From a virus, in the IMG/VR virus record IMGVR_UViG_3300043449_002292, positions 1-64,000 of that record: a stretch of 64,000 bases of DNA; one strand, 5' to 3'. Shown here in pieces: positions 36,041 to 46,700 of this stretch (position 1 is the stretch's first letter; each line of letters begins with the position of its first letter). Under the pieces are notes generated by a model that was not told the DNA's origin, did not search any database, and saw only the letters and a program-made list of their open reading frames with translations. The translations under genes were made by a program, and so were the position numbers.

Positions 36041-36373
36041 TTAAACCTCAAAATCCCTTTCGAATTCATCGATTGTGTAAACCTGCGGCGACTGACCGGG
36101 AGAAACAATCGTCTGACCTGCTGTTGACGTGATCGGACCCGTCACATTCTCAGGAGAAATCAGGCTAACTTTCACCGCTCCGCCCTCATCCTTGCTAACG
36201 CTTTGAACCGTGAATTTCTGCTTGGTTTTCTTGTTCGTCACCTCGAGACCTGCGTCGACCATGACTTTTCCGCCAGCTCCTATCACGTCCATTTCGAGCA
36301 AGGTCGAAAACAGTCTGGACTCGAACTGCTCACGAATCAGGCCGATTACCTTTTTTTCTGACCGACTTCTCAT
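36041..36373 (-). CDS. hypothetical protein with LIRE tag
   Basis: ATGA coupling. Confidence 0.65.
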   Translation of the reverse strand: MRSRSEKKVIGLIREQFESRLFSTLLEMDVIGAGGKVMVDAGLEVTNKKTKQKFTVQSVSKDEGGAVKVSLISPENVTGPITSTAGQTIVSPGQSPQVYTIDEFERDFEV

Positions 36374-37791
36374 TTTGACTCCTTAATACCGGCAAGCTTG
36401 CACCATCTGTCGACCGCAGACTCTGTGAATATTACCGATCCCCCGACTAGACTATTAAGCTCTTTACGTAGTTCGTCCTGGTTGATAACCCTAAGGTTTG
36501 TTTTACGTTCGGAGTCCGAGGAGCCTGCCGTGATTGATGGACGACCGAGTATGTTGGACAGTGAATGACGACGAACTATCGCAGACCCACCACCGGCAGC
36601 GCCAGCGCCACCTGCGGCTGCGACACCGGCTGCAGCCGCACCAGCACCAGCACCTGCGGCTGCAGCCGCTGAGGCACCCGCTGCAGCCGCACCGCCGCCC
36701 GCGACAGCGGCTGGTGTTGGACGAGAAATTCCCAGAGAAGCCCCGATCGATGCGAGTCCTCCGAAAACTAGAGCCTCCGCCGGATCAAAAGTGACCAGAT
36801 TCGTTGAGGTGTCCGTGGTCTTCTGCGCCATCATCTCGAAAACTTTCTTGAACTCATCGAGGCTGAGAAGCTTGAGATCGTCGGAGAATTGTGAAGCCGT
36901 AAGGCTCGTGGGCTTGATTGCTGGAGTTCCTCTAAACTTCCTATAAATGCTTACTATAAACCCTTCAGCCGGCGACGAAATCTTGAAGTTACGTCCAACC
37001 ACACTATCGATATCGAACCCTTTGCTAGCAGCGAGAGATGCAAGTGTGGAGTCGAGCTTTGCGCGGCTCGGCGCCGATACCTTGAGAAAGAGCTCCTTCA
37101 CGCCACCTGGTGCGGGTTTAGGTTCACCATCATCTCCCCTGCCGACGACGTAAATTTTATCGGCAGAAACGTTCTCAAGCGGTAGAGTCGAAGACACCCC
37201 AGGCGCTGACAGCATGACATCGAAGCCTTCATCAGCCGATGCCTTTCCGATCACCATGAATTTCCTACCTTCATGATAACGATCAAAATCACCGAGAGCG
37301 GAAATTTCAGAGAATGGAACGCGGCGTGGAGACCTGAGCTTTGCACCGCCGCCCCTTAGTTTGATGAGATCGAAAACTATCGCTTCGTCAGTGAAGAACT
37401 TTAGCTCTGTCTTGAAATCGTTGATGATCAACAGACGAACTGCGTCCATCGCATTGAGGATTGTGAATTTCAAAACCTCGGCTGCTGTGATGGCATCGAC
37501 CAACTTTCTCTGGCTTCTATCGAGACCGATCGCGCTGAGGATTGGGTCCGGTTCCGAAGAAATGGCCTCCTCGAGCTTATCGATCGTCCCACGTAACGCC
37601 GCTTTCGTGTTGGACATCTTGGAGATCGCGGGAAGATCTTCGATGTCTGATAAGGGCTCAATCGATTGACGTGCAGCTTCGAATGATGCACGATCGACCG
37701 CCTCACTCATGAGGTAGTCTAAATTTCTGCGCTTGAGAGAACGGGAGGCGTCGTCATACCTACGTCCCATGTTACGCCCAATGTTGCTCAT
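36370..37791 (-). CDS. putative virion protein
   Basis: Ala/Gly-rich linker; C-terminal RW.KLAGI.E motif; ATACTTA upstream. Confidence 0.7.
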   Translation of the reverse strand: MSNIGRNMGRRYDDASRSLKRRNLDYLMSEAVDRASFEAARQSIEPLSDIEDLPAISKMSNTKAALRGTIDKLEEAISSEPDPILSAIGLDRSQRKLVDAITAAEVLKFTILNAMDAVRLLIINDFKTELKFFTDEAIVFDLIKLRGGGAKLRSPRRVPFSEISALGDFDRYHEGRKFMVIGKASADEGFDVMLSAPGVSSTLPLENVSADKIYVVGRGDDGEPKPAPGGVKELFLKVSAPSRAKLDSTLASLAASKGFDIDSVVGRNFKISSPAEGFIVSIYRKFRGTPAIKPTSLTASQFSDDLKLLSLDEFKKVFEMMAQKTTDTSTNLVTFDPAEALVFGGLASIGASLGISRPTPAAVAGGGAAAAGASAAAAAGAGAGAAAAGVAAAGGAGAAGGGSAIVRRHSLSNILGRPSITAGSSDSERKTNLRVINQDELRKELNSLVGGSVIFTESAVDRWCKLAGIKESK

Positions 37792-37825
37792 CTTGTGAGA
37801 ATACCCCTGCTGGGAACTAAGTATT

Positions 37826-38284
37826 TCAGATCAGTGCTATCTGGCGAACCTTTACACCCGCTTCTCTCAAGAGATCGATGCCTGACGTGTCACGATAGCG
37901 TTCGATGTAGACTATCTCATCGATTCTAGCATTAACAATCGCCTTCGCGCACATACGACATGGGCTGAGACTCACGTACATCTTCTTACGTTTCGGGCTG
38001 TTAAAGTCGAGTTTGATGAGAGCATTTACCTCGGCATGGATAAACCCTGATTCACCGGCGGCGGAGGATTCACGTGTGTTTGATCCGCCAGCGTGATCCC
38101 CGTTGTATCCGAGGGAGAGCAACTGCGTGTTATCATCCGTGACCACGATTGCGGCCACCTTAAAGTTGGGATCTGGGGATCTTTTTGAGATTGTTCGGAC
38201 TACGTCAGCCCAGATAAGATCCCAGCTGGGACGATCGTCGATTGGATTACAGCGTAAATCGTTGAGAAAATCGTTATGGGTCAA
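37826..38284 (-). CDS. dCMP deaminase
   Basis: GYNG, HAEVNA, SPCRMC. Confidence 0.92.
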   Translation of the reverse strand: MTHNDFLNDLRCNPIDDRPSWDLIWADVVRTISKRSPDPNFKVAAIVVTDDNTQLLSLGYNGDHAGGSNTRESSAAGESGFIHAEVNALIKLDFNSPKRKKMYVSLSPCRMCAKAIVNARIDEIVYIERYRDTSGIDLLREAGVKVRQIALI

Positions 38285-39129
38285 GCCCGCTCCTGATCAA
38301 AGATTGTCTCTATGTTAACATTTTTTGGCAGGCTGAAACCCGCTGCCTTTCGATGCCCACCTCCGCCGAACCTCTTGGCGACCTCGCTCACGTCGGAATC
38401 CTCATGATGAGCGCGGAGGCTCACCTTCACCTGCCGCGTCTCGTGGTCATAGAACCAGATCACCGCGAAGTCGCACTTGGGAGACAGGGCCGCCCCAATC
38501 TCCGACATCCAGTGCGATGAGTTAACGACAAGAACGTCCTTTCCATCTATCTTACGTGGTGTGGCATGCTTCGCTATCTTTGAGATGACAGTCTTCGAAT
38601 ACGCGAGGATGTAAGCCCCTCGTTCCTGGGCGTCATCCACCGCAGAATCGTCGAGGTATTTATCGAACTCCTCGAAATCGAATGGGACCATGTCGAAGGC
38701 TGCCGCGAACTCCTTTGAGTATGGGATCTGCCACTTCCAGAGATCACGGTCCTCGATGAATTTTATCATGCGAGGCGCCTCCTTACCTGGATGGAAGAAA
38801 TTCCAGGCAAGCATCGCACCGCTGTGATTCATATCAAATCGGGTGCATGAGACGTCGTGAAGCTCAACCATCGCTGACTTGTGGTGATCGATGATGAGGA
38901 AGTTGCGTGCTTCCTTTATCAGCTGCTTCGTGGTCACGTTGTCATACGAGAAATCCAAAACCACGACGTTCTTACCCTTCACGTCGGGTGGGGTTTCACC
39001 ATACTTCGCTGCGTGATATTCGGCTCGATCTCCAAGGAGCTTCCAGGCAGAGTAAGCTGCGCCGAATCCATCAGTGCAGCTCGCGTGGTAAATAACAAGA
39101 TCGACGCTTGAAGGTTCCAGCATGCTCAT
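38281..39129 (-). CDS. DHH/DHHA1 phosphoesterase
   Basis: YH..C.DG, DFS, IDHH, DRDLW, GGGGH..AAGF. Confidence 0.9.
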   Translation of the reverse strand: MSMLEPSSVDLVIYHASCTDGFGAAYSAWKLLGDRAEYHAAKYGETPPDVKGKNVVVLDFSYDNVTTKQLIKEARNFLIIDHHKSAMVELHDVSCTRFDMNHSGAMLAWNFFHPGKEAPRMIKFIEDRDLWKWQIPYSKEFAAAFDMVPFDFEEFDKYLDDSAVDDAQERGAYILAYSKTVISKIAKHATPRKIDGKDVLVVNSSHWMSEIGAALSPKCDFAVIWFYDHETRQVKVSLRAHHEDSDVSEVAKRFGGGGHRKAAGFSLPKNVNIETIFDQERA

Positions 39130-39148
39130 GTGCTCTCCGGACTAAAGT

Positions 39149-39177
39149 ATTATCCTACAGTCCCGTTCGAATTGCAC
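39149..39177 (-). promoter_or_regulatory. class I promoter GTGCAA-N17-GATAAT
   Basis: motif and spacing. Confidence 0.55.
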
Positions 39178-39725
39178 ATGATTGGATGGTGGCGAAAACA
39201 CCTTGGTTCATAGAGATTTTTTCCGCCAACCTCGATGAGCTTATCATCATCGACTAGCTTCGTAGTATAAAAAGCGTCATCACCGCAAATCGGGCATACA
39301 GCTGGACATTTCTCGATCCTCGTCGCGTAGGGAAGAAGCTCGCTGACCTCATCGAACGGCTCACACTTCGCGCTAAGGTCAAGGGTTGCGATTAGAACGG
39401 AAGTCCCATTCTTGATGATCTGGCGAACCGCCGGTGCCACCCCGTCTATCATGAAGGCTTCATCTATGGCCACCACATCGACATCATTCTGAAGGTCATG
39501 CAGGTGGTTCAGAATGCTTTTCCCGGATGTGACGCAGCGAGCTGGCCACTTAGCTCCGGAGTGAGTGCAGATCTGAGATTCTTCATAACGTGAGTCCATT
39601 GACGGCTTGTAAACTTGCACGTTACGTTCTTGAAGTTTGAGACGCTCCAACGACGCAATCAAGCGCGAAGTTTTAGAGCCCCACATCGGACCGCAGAAGA
39701 TGATCAGCTCTGGATTTTTAGCCAA
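39150..39725 (-). CDS. tdk: thymidine kinase
   Basis: GPM.GSKTS, KP..D.RY, IDEA, C..CG, VGG...YEPRC. Confidence 0.93.
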   Translation of the reverse strand: MAKNPELIIFCGPMWGSKTSRLIASLERLKLQERNVQVYKPSMDSRYEESQICTHSGAKWPARCVTSGKSILNHLHDLQNDVDVVAIDEAFMIDGVAPAVRQIIKNGTSVLIATLDLSAKCEPFDEVSELLPYATRIEKCPAVCPICGDDAFYTTKLVDDDKLIEVGGKNLYEPRCFRHHPIMCNSNGTVG

Positions 39726-40125
39726 GCTTCACCGCCCTTCCGTAATCATCCTCGAGCCTTTTCGGAACATCATCAACACGATCGCCTACCTCTATCACTT
39801 GACTATCCTCAAGAGCTTCGAGCCTGTATGGGCACTCAGATTGCACATACAGCACGTCCATAGGACGCAGGACCTTCATTCGAAAAGGATGCTTTTCTGA
39901 ATTCTCCAGAGTTTTTTCATTTCCAAATGAAACTTTAATTTTCCCACTAAGAACGAAGAATACCTCATTCTTAACGTTGTGATACTTCAAGCTTGTGCGC
40001 TCTCCCTTCCTGATGTGGATGAGCTTACCGTGAATATGACTCAAGGCATGCCAAACCCGAGTTTCGCCCCACGGTTTGCTTTCGGATATTGAGCTTGAAA
40101 CCCAAGCTTCCTTAGGCGCTGGCAT
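39718..40125 (-). CDS. cupin, mannose-6-phosphate isomerase type II-like
   Basis: KPWG, SLKYH..KNE, R.EDDYGR. Confidence 0.75.
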   Translation of the reverse strand: MPAPKEAWVSSSISESKPWGETRVWHALSHIHGKLIHIRKGERTSLKYHNVKNEVFFVLSGKIKVSFGNEKTLENSEKHPFRMKVLRPMDVLYVQSECPYRLEALEDSQVIEVGDRVDDVPKRLEDDYGRAVKLG

Positions 40126-41128
40126 TGAGGCCCCACCAATCGAGGGTGAGCTGTAAACCCTCTTCAAACTGCACCTGAGGTTCCCAGCTGATCGCCTGCT
40201 TCGCGATTGTCACATCAGCGAGCGTGTCCCGAACGTCGCCGAGCCGGGCCGGTGCATTGCTCACCTCGAGGTTCGGGAACTTCAGACGGAGCATATCGAG
40301 AACCTCGATATTCGCGAGTGACTTACCGGATCCCACGTTAAATGCATGACCGCGAAGGGGATGCTCACACTCAGCGGCAAGCCGGTTCGCACGTGCGACG
40401 TCCTTCACGAAGACGAGATCGCGAGTCTGGTAACCGTCACCGTCGGAACGAAGCGGACGTCCCTCCTTCAGGGCGGAGCACCACGCTGCGACTGCAGTGG
40501 AGTAGGGTGACTTACCGTCCTGGCCCGGTCCGTAAACATTGAAGTAACGAAGGCAGACGCTACGCTGATCGTAGAGACGACCGAAGAGGGTCAGATAGTC
40601 CTCGATCATCCGCTTCTGAAGACCGTAGGGCGACTGTGGGTTCGAAGGCGCGAACTCCGTGGTCGGCAGCTGGTCGATCTCTCCGTAGACTGCAGAGGAG
40701 GAGGAGAAAACGAACTTCGTTCCCGTTCCACGGATCGCGTCTAGAAGGGCGAGAGTTCGAGTGACGTTGAGGTCATTCGACTCGAAAGGATGCTCAACCG
40801 AGAAACCCACACGCGGCATCGCTGCAAGGTGGAAAATCACACCATAACGACCCTCCTTTGAGCGCTCCAGGACCTGCTGACATGCGAAGTCACCCTCGAT
40901 CACAAGAATCGAGCCCTCCACGCGCGAGGACTCAGGGTGCTTACTCTCAAAGGCATCGAGCAGATCCGCCGGGGAAGCTCGGAAGCTAAGACCGATAAGA
41001 GCATCGAGGGAGCCATTCGACATATCATCTACGATGTCTATCGTGTAACCATTCTCACGCAGCTCCCGAACAACATGGGAACCGATAAAACCACAACCAC
41101 CCGTAACCAGAGCACGCTTGCTATTCAT
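40112..41128 (-). CDS. NAD-dependent NDP-sugar epimerase/dehydratase (GalE/WbpP-like)
   Basis: TGGCGFIG, SSS, YGLQK, RYFNVYGP, GDG.QTRD. Confidence 0.92.
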   Translation of the reverse strand: MNSKRALVTGGCGFIGSHVVRELRENGYTIDIVDDMSNGSLDALIGLSFRASPADLLDAFESKHPESSRVEGSILVIEGDFACQQVLERSKEGRYGVIFHLAAMPRVGFSVEHPFESNDLNVTRTLALLDAIRGTGTKFVFSSSSAVYGEIDQLPTTEFAPSNPQSPYGLQKRMIEDYLTLFGRLYDQRSVCLRYFNVYGPGQDGKSPYSTAVAAWCSALKEGRPLRSDGDGYQTRDLVFVKDVARANRLAAECEHPLRGHAFNVGSGKSLANIEVLDMLRLKFPNLEVSNAPARLGDVRDTLADVTIAKQAISWEPQVQFEEGLQLTLDWWGLNASA

Positions 41129-41131
41129 TCA

Positions 41132-42115
41132 TCACCTCTTGAAAAAATGATAACCCTTGAAATCAGTCGAGAGCAGAAATCTAATTGACAGCTTTTCATC
41201 CTTCATCTTCCTCGCTCTAACCGAGCAGAGGATGTCACACCAATCCCTGATCAATGACTGTGAAAGCTGTTCATCAGTCTGATCGATCAGTTTCGGGGAG
41301 ACGAATACCATCCCGTCCCTGATCACGCCTTCGTTGGTCGAACGAACAGCCTCCTCAACGCGTATCAGATCGACTATCGGAAAGACCTTCGGATACGGCT
41401 GCATCGGACGACCGAAGTTATCGCTGGAATTCGCGATCGCGTCCAGCATCTCGAAGTCCCTCTCGTAGCAGTGGAGCGAGTTCGAGGTGTGGACATACTC
41501 ACCGAGCTCGACCCCCAGCTCATTCGCCATGATCTCCTGCATCGTGGTGAATGCCGGAACGTCGTAGGCGATGCCGAGGATGATATCGCTCGACCGCATG
41601 TTGACGTGGAGGTGGAGCTTGCCCTCACGGATAAAGAACTGGAGCGCGAGGGTGCACGGGACATCCTTCACTGCGTGGAGGGAGTCGTCAGGGGTCCTGA
41701 TGTGGATCACCGCCCGACGGGAGTCGGGATCCTTCCGGAGCTCCTCCTTCACGTAATCCCACTGGACGATACCGCCTGCCGCGATCCGATCATGCGGTCG
41801 GAAGATTCGAGCCCCGTAGGCGGAGTTCGCCGTCTTGCCGTCATCGCTGATTCCCTTCCAGAACGATGCGTAATACGAGATCCACTCCGTGGAATCGTTA
41901 CCGCTCAGATACCACAGAGTCTCCGCGACGAAATATGACAGGGAGAAATTTCGAGCTTCCACAAATGGGAGACGATCACGCGGATCCTTAATCCTGAACT
42001 GAACGCCCAGTTTCTCCTTGATCTTCATCCCACGAGGAGATGAAACAAACTCAGACTCATCCCTGACCATCCTACAAAGATCAATGTAGGCCTGCGTGAA
42101 ATTACCGTATGTCAT
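41132..42115 (-). CDS. thymidylate-synthase homologue, predicted dCMP hydroxymethylase-type
   Basis: SRRA, PC catalytic Cys, MRSSD..LG..YD with Asp at the E. coli ThyA Asn177 position (codon 41561-41563), SLH.Y. Confidence 0.85.
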   Translation of the reverse strand: MTYGNFTQAYIDLCRMVRDESEFVSSPRGMKIKEKLGVQFRIKDPRDRLPFVEARNFSLSYFVAETLWYLSGNDSTEWISYYASFWKGISDDGKTANSAYGARIFRPHDRIAAGGIVQWDYVKEELRKDPDSRRAVIHIRTPDDSLHAVKDVPCTLALQFFIREGKLHLHVNMRSSDIILGIAYDVPAFTTMQEIMANELGVELGEYVHTSNSLHCYERDFEMLDAIANSSDNFGRPMQPYPKVFPIVDLIRVEEAVRSTNEGVIRDGMVFVSPKLIDQTDEQLSQSLIRDWCDILCSVRARKMKDEKLSIRFLLSTDFKGYHFFKR

Positions 42116-42639
42116 GTATTCATCTCCAACCACGTGAGAATCTCGGTGATCTCCCTGTTAAGATTCTCGTCATCGACCCAAAGTGTGAGGCACTCGCATT
42201 TCGTCCACGCTTGGAATTGCTCATAGAGACCGTCCAGCTTCCTGAGGGCTTCCTCGTCAATGTAATCGTGCAGGTCGTCACGTATCCCAGAGTAGCTCTT
42301 GCGACGGCAGATAACGAACTTACCGCCAGCCTCAGCAAACTTGTCATCAATCTTCCTGAGGATCTCAAAGTCAGTGTCCCTGTTGAAGAACTGCGCATAC
42401 ACCCACTCGGAGGCATGATTTCGGTCCATGATCACGCTGGTTCCCGTCTGCAGGAGGAACTCGGTCAGGAACGTGGATCCGTAAATCAGCAGATTCTTGA
42501 AGTAGCTCGGATCGTGAAGATCCGCATACCATTCGCCCTTGTTCTTGAAAGTAGGAACTCCGAGAAGTCTCGATAGCTCAGCGGCGATCTCGGACTTACC
42601 CGTCATGTCTGGACCCTCGAGTCCGATCAAAATTGCCAT
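42112..42639 (-). CDS. dNMP kinase (thymidylate kinase-like)
   Basis: EGPD.TGKS P-loop, DR...SE.VY. Confidence 0.85.
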   Translation of the reverse strand: MAILIGLEGPDMTGKSEIAAELSRLLGVPTFKNKGEWYADLHDPSYFKNLLIYGSTFLTEFLLQTGTSVIMDRNHASEWVYAQFFNRDTDFEILRKIDDKFAEAGGKFVICRRKSYSGIRDDLHDYIDEEALRKLDGLYEQFQAWTKCECLTLWVDDENLNREITEILTWLEMNT

Positions 42640-42640
42640 T

Positions 42641-43696
42641 TCAGCCTCTCTTCGCGTGTTGCTCGATTATATCAATCTTATGCCCAGGGCTAAAATCGAC
42701 AACCTTGCGAAGGGCATTTTCCTGCTGTTCGATAATTTCGACTCTCTCCTTCACGCTCATCTGCGAGATTCTCATAACGCAGCGAATCACATCTGATGGA
42801 TCATCAACGAGAAAATCGCCTAAGCCGACGGGTCTAGCGTGAACGTATTCATTCGGAATCAGTGAGATGACGCCGGCTTGGATCGCCTCCGTGAATCGCA
42901 TCGTGATGTTGCCGTAAGGTGTGTAATCATCACGTGTGATGTGGGTCACGGCCACGGAGTTGTTGATGACGCCGAAGATCTCCTTGTAAGCAAGTCGATG
43001 ACCGAAAGCGATGTTCGGATTCTCGCGAAGCAGGATGCTTGGATCCTTGCGCTCAGGGCTCCTCTCAAGCCAGTTACCCCAGACCTTCGTCTGGATCCCA
43101 CGCTCCCGTAGTGCCTGACTTGGGTTCGAGTAATACTTTTTGAACTGCGGGTCACGATCGTAGTTGTTACCCACATAGGTGTAGTTGTATGAATACTCAG
43201 CGGGCTTGAAGAGCCGTCGTGCCGAGGAAGCCCATGGCATCGAGATTCGAGAACGCGTCTGCTCACGTGGATTGATGCAAGCGTCCGCGAGCTGAGCATT
43301 CGGCCAGCGAAGCTCCTCCTCCGGGGTCATCTTCAGATCGCCGTCATGGATGATGATGGGAACGCCCTTCTTGTGATAGTGGTCGAGGAGCTCACACTGC
43401 CGTCGGTAGTCCGGCTCGGTCGCCCGATCGCCCCCGAGGCTTGCATCATTCTTCCAGGTCGGCCAGCGCCACTCAACGAAGAGAACGTCACCTTCCGGAA
43501 ATCCAGTATCGTCGTATTCGACACCGGAATAGGGTTCGTCGTCTCGACGCTTCTGCACCTGGACCATGGTGTGGCCGCGGCGCTGCATCTCATCGACCAG
43601 ATCAACTCGACCACCACGATAGTGGTCGGGGGTGTTCGAAACAGTTTGCTTTTCGAAAGGGGTTACAAAGCCCCAGAATGAGTATAGAATTCGCAC
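42641..43696 (-). CDS. GT-B glycosyltransferase, T4 beta-glucosyltransferase-like
   Basis: YVGN..DR; Y...G.ITMRFTEAI..G resembles BGT 'FITLRVWETM'. Confidence 0.75.
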   Translation of the reverse strand: MRILYSFWGFVTPFEKQTVSNTPDHYRGGRVDLVDEMQRRGHTMVQVQKRRDDEPYSGVEYDDTGFPEGDVLFVEWRWPTWKNDASLGGDRATEPDYRRQCELLDHYHKKGVPIIIHDGDLKMTPEEELRWPNAQLADACINPREQTRSRISMPWASSARRLFKPAEYSYNYTYVGNNYDRDPQFKKYYSNPSQALRERGIQTKVWGNWLERSPERKDPSILLRENPNIAFGHRLAYKEIFGVINNSVAVTHITRDDYTPYGNITMRFTEAIQAGVISLIPNEYVHARPVGLGDFLVDDPSDVIRCVMRISQMSVKERVEIIEQQENALRKVVDFSPGHKIDIIEQHAKRG

Positions 43697-43704
43697 CTTT
43701 TACC

Positions 43705-46700
43705 TCACATGACCTTGATTTTCTTACCTTTTGTCGACAAACCGAAGTCGGAACGATCGACCTCAGCAACGCACAGCGTGTACGGCTCGAAACCAATCTT
43801 ACCGTCCCAATCCCACATGAACATCTTTTCCGTGTTTCCAGCCTCACCCATCACCTGAAGCATGAGGTAGGGCTTACCGTTCTTCGTCTTCTTCTCGACC
43901 GAGCTCACGACGACGAACCAGTAGATGTCAAGTCTCTCCCAGTTATCGATGGAGTAAACCTCCTTGTCCTTGAATTTCTGACGAAGTTCTGGGGAGATGA
44001 GGGAGACCGGATCCATCTTACCCGAGAGCTCGATCTGCATGAGAGCCATCTCACGACGAGTCCACTCGGGCATGCCCTCAGTCTCGACGAGGAGCTCACG
44101 GAAGCGCTTGACACCACGCTGCGGATCCTTCTTAGCCCATTTCTTGATGTCCTCCGCGTTCTCGATAAGAACATGATGCATCTGCTTCCAGGATGAGAAC
44201 TGCTTACCCTTACCGACAATGCCCATCGATTCGAACCCACCGGCTTTGATGAGAGCCTCAAGGGCCCGACGATTGAACTTCGAGGGTCGCCACTGACCGT
44301 CTTCCTTCCATAGCATCTCCTCGATGGACCTATACGGACGGCATGCCACGATCTCCTCGATCGCTGTCTCACCGACGCCCTTGATTGTGTTGAAGGACGG
44401 AATTAGGAGCTTACGCTCAGCATCGACGGACCATTGGTTCGTGGAGAGGTTGATATCGACGTTGCCGATATCATAGCCCATCTTCTTCACGTCGGAGATT
44501 GCCTGGGCACGGTCGTCCGGGTTTCCGATCATCGATTCCATGTAAGCGCAGAGCCACTCAGCCTCGTAGTATGTCAGGAGCCAGGCGCAGTAGTAGGAAT
44601 CGATCGCATAGGCGAGAGCGTGGGAGAGGTTGAAGCCGTAACCTGCGAAGAAGAGGATGTCGTCCCAGAGCTTCGAGGCCACCGACTCCTTGATCCCGTT
44701 CCCGACAGCGCCGTTGACGAAGCTGTCCTTCATCGCCTTCGCCTTCTTCATCGACTCTTCAGGGTTACCGCCCTGACGCTTCAGAATGTTCTTTCGGACC
44801 TTATCACACTCGGACTTCGGGAATCCTGCCACCACGTTGCAGAGCTGCATGAGCTGCTCCTGGAAGATGATGCAGCCGAATGTTGGCTCCAGCACCTGCT
44901 TGATGAGTGGGTGCTTGTAATCAATGTTACGCGGATTCGCCTTCGCCTCGAGGTAGAGCTTATCAACCTTCGCCGCTAGCGGACCTGGCCGGAAGACTGA
45001 AGTGAGTGTGGCGATGTCGATGATCGATCGTGGCTTCGCATTCTGGAAGAGACGCTGGGCACCCTTGCTGGTGAGCTGGAAGACACCCGGGGTGCGGGTC
45101 GTCGCCTCATGGTAGACGTTCTCATACACTCTCTGATCATCAAAATCGAGCACGTCGTTCGACATATACTTATCGAACCATGCCTTGACGTCCTTGAACT
45201 TCGGGTCCTTGAGGCCATGATGACGTTCAAGGATGAGCTCGATCGTTCGACGGATCATGCGCAGAGTTTCGAGCCCGAGGAGGTCGAACTTAACCCAACC
45301 AAGCATCTCGAGATGCTTGTAGTTCATGCCCTCGACCCAGGGGGTCTGCTGCTCGCCCTTCGCCATGATGAGTGGCATCCGCTCCTGGATACGTTCGGAG
45401 ATGATGACACCTCCGGCATGACGACCGAGGGCCTTATTCTGCCGGAAGAGAACCTTGATCGACTCGGAGACCTGCGGGTACTTGTCGATGAATTCCCGGA
45501 AACTCGGGCTGTGCTCGTAGCTCTCCTCGAACGTCAGGACGAAGAGGTTCTTGTCGTCGCCGACCTTGCGGGTCGCATCCATGACCTCCTTCTCCACGGT
45601 CTTCAGGGAGGCATTCACCTCCTCGAGCGGGATGTCGTACAGTCTCGAGATATCGCGAACGAGGGTCTTCAACTTGAAGGTGTTGTAGTTCGAGATTGGA
45701 ACGATGTTCTCACCGCCGAACTTCGAACGAAGGATCGCCAGGAGCTGATCGCGGTTCTCAACGTCAGTATCGATGTCAGGTAAACCCTCACGGTCCGGAG
45801 ACAGGAACCGCTCGAAGAGCAGACCATACTTGATTGGATCAACATCGGTGATCCCGAGCACGTAGCAGACGAGCGAGCCCGCACCGGAACCTCGACCAGG
45901 ACCGATGAACATCTCCTCCTTCGCAGCCGAGATGATCTCCTTCATCGTGAGGAAGTAGGAGGCGAAATCCTTCTGCTTGATAACATCGATCTCGTAGTCT
46001 GCACGCTCAACGTAGTCCTGACGGCCAGCGAGACCCTTCGCGGCAAGACCCGCCTTCACAGCATCAACAAGTGCCTCATTCGCGGTCTTACCCTTCGGGA
46101 TGACGTAACTCGGAAGCTTAACGGAGCGATCAGGCTGCACGTCACCGATCTCCTCATGGGCGAGATGCCAGGTGCGCTCGACAGCCTTACGGATGAGATC
46201 CTCCTGGCCATGGTAGAACGCTTCGGTCTGCCGGGATGTAAGGAACTCGTCCCAGACCTGGGACGCGTTCTTCGGGTAGAGCTCACACTTCAGCTGGTCC
46301 TTGCTCTTCGGGATTGAATCAGCCGAAAGCTCGGCGTAGTTGAGCCAACCGAGCTTCTTGTAGATCTCACGCTCACGCCAGTGCTCAGGGCGGGCGTAGT
46401 GGGAGTCGCAGGTGACGACAAGCTGATCCGTCATGCCCTGCCGCTGGGCAAACTCGATGAGAGCGCGGTTGACGATGTGCTGCGCCGGGAGCCGATTGAA
46501 CTGAAGCTCCAGCATCACGTTCTTCCGACCAACGGCCCACGCGAGGCCATCGAAGGAGTTACCGATGCGGTTGATGACGCGCTCCATCATCGATGGATCG
46601 TCGAGTAGTCGGCTGTTGAGACTGTCGAAGCTGTGTTCCTGCAGCTCACGGAAAACCTCAAAGGCAAGCGGACCACCGACGCAAGCAGTCGAGACGATGA

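Noticed and set aside
41132-42115. Ordinary thymidylate synthase thyA
   Set aside because: The specificity residue is Asp rather than Asn, ThyX is present, and the neighbours are a GT, a kinase and an epimerase.
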